From: Candidatus Pacebacteria bacterium RIFOXYA1_FULL_38_18
GTDB taxonomy: Bacteria > Patescibacteriota > Microgenomatia > UBA1400 > PJMF01
Reading direction: 5' to 3'
Length of the DNA stretch: 62,056 nucleotides
NCBI GenBank assembly: GCA_001787405.1
Contig: MFWV01000001.1
Location: 1 to 62,056, forward strand
Within the stretch, counting starts at the first letter, position 1, and the number at the start of each line of letters is the position of its first letter. Shown here in pieces: positions 59,201-62,056 of this stretch. The notes beneath the pieces are model-generated. The model was not told where the DNA came from. It searched no databases and saw only the letters and a program-made list of their open reading frames with translations. Position numbers and translations under genes: made by a program.

Positions 59201-59672
59201 TTTTGAGAGCAGTTTTGTCTTTTTTACTACGCAACAACTTATTAAAAACACTATTCATACAACCGCTCAATACAATTAAACCTTCATTGAGTGCAAAAAG
59301 TATTTCATCATCGATTCTGGGTTTATAAGAAAAACCCTCCAAATTGGCAATAGAAATTAACTTCATCAGATTTTTATAGCCGGCAAGATTTTGAGTGATG
59401 ACAGTCAGGTGAGCTTGATCGCCACCCATCTTGGTTTGTTTATCAAAGCGAGATTTTTGAGCTATATATAGTTCACAGCCAATAATGGGTTTAATACCTT
59501 GATTGCGACAAGCATTATAAAAAGCAATTGCACCATACATACCGCCATGATCGGTCAGACCAATGGCGGTTTGGTGATGATCTTTAACTTTGGCCAAAAG
59601 CTTGGGAATTTTGGAAAGTCCATCCAACATGGAGTATTCAGAGTGAACATGGAGGTGGACAAAGTCGGACAT
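56217..59672 (-). CDS. dnaE: DNA polymerase III alpha
   Basis: HLHVHSEYS PHP domain, GPGRGS, PDIDIDF and YGFNKAH motifs. Confidence 0.98.
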   Translation of the reverse strand: MSDFVHLHVHSEYSMLDGLSKIPKLLAKVKDHHQTAIGLTDHGGMYGAIAFYNACRNQGIKPIIGCELYIAQKSRFDKQTKMGGDQAHLTVITQNLAGYKNLMKLISIANLEGFSYKPRIDDEILFALNEGLIVLSGCMNSVFNKLLRSKKDKTALKKFQKYKEIFGDRFYIELQNHPGATELKELNKKLIKISRDLDIPLVATNDVHYVEATEVEAQDALLCVQTRKLISDKKRMSMVDMPSFYLKSTEEMKDLFSDYPEAIENTVKIAKQCNLEIPTGQLIFPEFKLPKNETTESWLSKKTYEGLKHKFDKITKEVKDRVEYELNIINNKGYATYFLITQDFVTWAKKQGIGVGPGRGSVAGSLVSYGLDITTLNPLEHGLPFERFLNPERPTPPDIDIDFADDRREEVIEYAAKKYGRDHLAHVITFGRMEARVAVRDIGRVLGMPYEEPDRIAKLIPNVPGKKTSIASALRNVPELGEYYKQPRFKKLLDLAQQVEGTIRHSSVHAAAVIIADKPLPEYTPIQKDSRTGKMITQYDMYSLDCNIDDQAIGLLKFDFLGLRNLSTIQTAVNLIEKYQNKKLDIDKIAIDDKKTYQLLASGETVGIFQLESGGMRRVAKSLQPTQFSDITAMLALYRPGPMDLIPRFIEGKHNPKSVTYPHDSLKPILEETYGIMVYQEQVLEIVHHMAGYTMGEADVLRRAIGKKQRKMLDKNRERFIRDSVKKGYKKNVSEKVWGFIEAFANYGFNKAHAASYAMIAYQTAYLKANYPVEYMAALLSVESNATSLSRDEKVSVAVEASREMGIKILPPDINSSDDTFTIEKNQQSLEKKAIRFSLSAIKNVGIAAIENILQTRQELKGKFHSLTQFIHKTDGRKVNKKVIESLIKVGAMDSFGTRSSMLENLEDIRQTAAQFQSDVDGQDNLFAKVSTDSTTIQDSFPKLKEYSVKELLSFEKELLGMYLTDNPLADQLEMVSGQSNKNINELDHHIHKDKVFIFGGILNRVKVTRTKKNGSEMAFGVLQDSTGSIEIVFFPKLYQQEKDIIQENKVVLIKATVQYREDELKLVAEKISTPAENTNNNHRDNAKEIFIPRKTEKKTLQNLGNLLKKYPGKMRVAVLIPNGGKPERIMLPYGVKWSEDLEKEIQNILS

Positions 59673-59697
59673 ATTTTATCTCAGAATGGCACAGATA

Positions 59698-61047
59698 CTA
59701 GTCAGCTTCAAGAGCAGTTTGCAATGTTTGTCGTACTATTTTGGGATCTATTTTTTTATTGATGTTTTTCATTACTTGACCAATCAAGAAACCCATCACC
59801 TGAGTTTGTCCGGCTTGATATTTTATTACGGCATCTTGATTATTTTTTAACACAGTTTGCATAATATTATTTAGCTCTGTTTGATCGATTGTCTCAGTGT
59901 CGTGAAGTTTTCTAAACTCCAGAATAGTTTGTTTAGCGTCTTTTTGAATAGAAACCTTGATTTTTTTATTAACCAAATCATTAAAAAAATTGATCAAGTT
60001 TAAATCTTGACTCTTTAGTTCTGCCAAGATTTCATTTAACCGGTCAAGTTTGACTTGAGAATTATGAATGATTAATACCCGATTGATTAAATCGAGAGGT
60101 AAGTCAAGTTCTGCCTGCCATTTTTCTGCTTGTGCTTCTGGTAATTTTGGCAGAGTTTCTCTGAGTTTTTCCAGATATGATTTTTCAAAAGTAAAAGGCG
60201 GAATATCTGGTTCTGGAAAATAACGATAATCTTCTGCCTCTTCTTTACTGCGCTGAGCAAAAGTTTTGTTTTTAACTGAATCCCAACCGCGAGTTTCTTG
60301 AGTGGGAACTTGGCCCGCTTCAAGTAAAGTGGCTTGTCGTTCTAACTCAAAATCAATGGCTTGTTCCATGAAACGAAAAGAGTTAATGTTTTTGACCTCT
60401 ACTTTATAGGGTGGCAAGTCGGTTTCGCCTATTTTTCGAAGAGAAATATTGGCTTCTAGACGCATTCCACCTTGTTCCATATCGCAATCGGCCACTTCCA
60501 GAAAGCGAAGCAATTGACGAAGTTTCTTGCCAAATTCTTTGGCTTGAGCTCCACTAGTAATATTTGGTTCAGTAACGATTTCTACCAAAGGCACACCACT
60601 GCGATTGAAATCAATGAGGGTTATTTTTTTATCTTGAATTGTTTTGTGTAGTAATTTTCCGGTGTCTTCTTCCAGATGAATTCTAGTGATGTCCACGATA
60701 CCTTCACTAGTTGACAAATGGCCGTTATAACAAAAGGGTAGATCGTGCTGACTAATTTGATAGCCTTTGGCTAGATCGGGATAAAAATAATGTTTACGGT
60801 CAAATTTGGAAAAATTATTGATTTGGCAATCAGTAGCTAGACCAATTTTGAGCGTCCATTCAATGGCTTTTTTATTTGGTACAGGTAATCCCCCCGGCAT
60901 GCCCAAACAAACAGGACAAGTATAGCTGTTTGGTTTCTCCGCACCAAAAGGATCATTTACGCAACCACAAAACATTTTAGAGTCAGTTTTGAGTTCTGCA
61001 TGTACTTCCAAACCAATCACCGGTGTATATTTATCTTGCCATTTCAT
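59698..61047 (-). CDS. gatB: Asp/Glu-tRNA amidotransferase subunit B
   Basis: IGLEVHAEL, FDRKHYFYPDL and YRYFPEPD motifs; ATG overlaps the gatA stop (ATGA). Confidence 0.96.
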   Translation of the reverse strand: MKWQDKYTPVIGLEVHAELKTDSKMFCGCVNDPFGAEKPNSYTCPVCLGMPGGLPVPNKKAIEWTLKIGLATDCQINNFSKFDRKHYFYPDLAKGYQISQHDLPFCYNGHLSTSEGIVDITRIHLEEDTGKLLHKTIQDKKITLIDFNRSGVPLVEIVTEPNITSGAQAKEFGKKLRQLLRFLEVADCDMEQGGMRLEANISLRKIGETDLPPYKVEVKNINSFRFMEQAIDFELERQATLLEAGQVPTQETRGWDSVKNKTFAQRSKEEAEDYRYFPEPDIPPFTFEKSYLEKLRETLPKLPEAQAEKWQAELDLPLDLINRVLIIHNSQVKLDRLNEILAELKSQDLNLINFFNDLVNKKIKVSIQKDAKQTILEFRKLHDTETIDQTELNNIMQTVLKNNQDAVIKYQAGQTQVMGFLIGQVMKNINKKIDPKIVRQTLQTALEAD

Positions 61048-62054
61048 GATTTTGATCTCCAAGTGTTCCAGTTGGTATTTTTTTCAAAAGCATCAGCTAC
61101 CTGAACAGCCAAGGCTTCTTGCCACATGGGAGTAATAAAATTCAACCCCAAAAATAGGTTGGTTTCTGGATCGCGATAATAAGGCACGTTTATTCCTGGT
61201 AAACCGGCCAAAGAACTGGGTTCCAAAAGCATGTCTTCCAGCTCACCAAACATGGCTGCTCTTTTTGTAACACCGATTTTTTTTGCAAAACCTGGAGAGG
61301 TAGGTGCAATTAATACATCATATTTTTCAAATAAATGATTGAGATCTTCTATAAAAAGAGTTCTGATTCTTTGAGCTAATTCATAATATTTTCCGGCATA
61401 GCCAGCACTCAAGGTGTAAGTACCCAGCATTTGGCGACGTTTGGCCTCCGCTCCAAAATGCGAGCGATTTGATCCATAACGAATTCCATCATAGCGAGCT
61501 AGATTGCTACTCACCTCTCCTCTTTGGACAACGGTATAAACGCTGATGGCGTAGCGAGGATTGAGGGCAGGAGTTTTTTCCACGATTGCGCCTAGGTCTT
61601 TGAAGACACTCAGTTGTTTCTCCAGTTGTTCATTTACCATTTCCAGTCCTGCAATATCTTGATAGAGCACGCCAATTTTTATGCCTTTCAAGCTTTTTCC
61701 TAACTGGGCAGTAAAATCTGGTACTGGTTGGCTGGAAGTAGTAGCGTCATTGGAGTCAAATCCGGCTAAAAAGTTGAGCATGATGGCCGCGTCTTCTACG
61801 GTTTTGGCGATTGGTCCTGGACTATCAGTGGATGAAGCCATAGCAGCTACTCCGTAACGGCTGACGCGGCCATAGGTTGGCTTCAGTGCGACTGCGCCAC
61901 ACCACGCAGCTGGTTGGCGCAAAGAGCCGGCGGTTTCACTACCAATCGCAATAGTGCAGAAATCAGCTGCTACAGCAGCAGCACTGCCACCGGAAGAGCC
62001 ACCCGGCAGATGATCAGTGTTTCTGGGATTGAGGGTGCGACCATAATCACTGGT
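61044..62054 (-). CDS. gatA: Asp/Glu-tRNA amidotransferase subunit A (5' part outside window)
   Basis: PGGSSGGSAAAV, GSETAGSLRQPAAWCG, KPTYGRVSRYG and SSNLARYDG motifs. Confidence 0.95.
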   Translation of the reverse strand, partial: TSDYGRTLNPRNTDHLPGGSSGGSAAAVAADFCTIAIGSETAGSLRQPAAWCGAVALKPTYGRVSRYGVAAMASSTDSPGPIAKTVEDAAIMLNFLAGFDSNDATTSSQPVPDFTAQLGKSLKGIKIGVLYQDIAGLEMVNEQLEKQLSVFKDLGAIVEKTPALNPRYAISVYTVVQRGEVSSNLARYDGIRYGSNRSHFGAEAKRRQMLGTYTLSAGYAGKYYELAQRIRTLFIEDLNHLFEKYDVLIAPTSPGFAKKIGVTKRAAMFGELEDMLLEPSSLAGLPGINVPYYRDPETNLFLGLNFITPMWQEALAVQVADAFEKNTNWNTWRSKS

Positions 62055-62056
62055 TT

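Overview
Bacterial chromosome segment, AT-rich, using the standard genetic code (TGA is a stop). Gene content suggests Patescibacteria/CPR, Microgenomates-like; this is an inference from the class I LysRS, short AtpH, TRAM-less MiaB and near-absence of biosynthetic genes. Housekeeping content: mur ligases, comM, uppP, RNase P RNA, miaA/miaB, rplS, pyrG, lexA, PGI/PMI, PGM, efp, a complete F1Fo operon, greA, lysS, serS, secA, mutM, ldh, dnaE and gatAB, plus five tRNAs (Cys, Glu, Leu, Gly, Lys). Two accessory regions stand out. (1) An integrase-free array of small gene cassettes downstream of tRNA-Gly (32115-35509). Its junctions share a tRNA-3'-like GTCAC-N11-GTGAC inverted core followed by helically phased ACA repeats that lead into each cargo start codon. 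This is the best candidate for an undescribed integron-like system. (2) A ~4.7 kb large-serine-recombinase element at tRNA-Glu whose crossover core lies inside the recombinase gene, so excision would swap the protein's C-terminus. Other notable items are a degenerate enolase with a Pro/Thr tail, a candidate stand-alone sRNA beside a phased repeat array, tRNA-Cys abutting the miaB start codon, and widespread leaderless-type promoters. All calls come from reading the sequence; no database searches were run.
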